Translations under genes and position numbers: made by a program
In this document: one piece after another, positions 24,439 through 24,666 of the stretch
How positions within the stretch are numbered: the stretch's first letter is position 1
Layout: every line of letters begins with the position of its first letter
Source of the DNA: a virus
Lineage: Duplodnaviria > Caudoviricetes
Length of the DNA: 24,666 nt
Direction: 5' to 3' (one strand)
Virus record (IMG/VR): IMGVR_UViG_3300039441_000235
Span: 1-24,666 of that record
Notes under the pieces: model-generated
Told to the model about the DNA's origin: nothing
Seen by the model: only the letters and a program-made list of their open reading frames with translations
The model's database searches: none

Positions 24439-24666
24439 ATGACTGATTGCCTGGAGCCTCTGCGGCTTGCCAATACTTTCCAGATCCGCCGCGCCCAGGC
24501 ACTGTGCGCTCACGCTCCGGCGTTGCTGGCCGATCTCGAGGCGTTTATGTGTACCGCACCGAGTTACGCGCAGATGGACATCTACCTGAAGCGGCTCAAG
24601 ACCAGCATCGCGACGGACGTAGCTGCGGCGTTGGTCGGTATGGCGCCGCAACAAAATTGGCGCTGA
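24439..24666 (+). CDS. Hypothetical protein
   Basis: 75-aa ORF that looks helical and ends at the window edge; weak RBS; no recognised motif. Confidence 0.4.
   Translation: MTDCLEPLRLANTFQIRRAQALCAHAPALLADLEAFMCTAPSYAQMDIYLKRLKTSIATDVAAALVGMAPQQNWR

Noticed and set aside
1-24666. CRISPR array, tRNA, rRNA, IS element or integrase
   Set aside because: No regularly spaced repeats, cloverleaf, or transposase/recombinase ORF was recognised by eye.

Overview
The window is the late (virion morphogenesis and lysis) region of a contractile-tailed, temperate-looking phage or prophage. High GC and a CTGT-N8-ACAG LexA box suggest a betaproteobacterial host such as Burkholderiaceae, but that is inference. 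The + strand gene order is: terminase large subunit (5'-truncated), portal, gp7-like head protein, prohead protease/scaffold, decoration protein, major capsid, neck genes, sheath, tube, tail chaperone with a probable -1 frameshift, tape measure with a C-terminal muramidase-like domain, baseplate genes, tail fibre and its chaperone, then holin, SAR endolysin, an HNH-like gene and Rz/Rz1 spanins. Two accessory modules lie on the - strand. The first is a two-gene moron between the tail fibre and lysis genes, encoding an Rmf/CrpP-like-motif protein translationally coupled to a formyltransferase. The second follows the spanins: a LexA-box-controlled small gene, then a HEXXH protein, with a candidate ~73-nt C-rich-loop sRNA upstream that has its own promoter and terminator. 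All family assignments come from recalled motifs and synteny, not from database searches.
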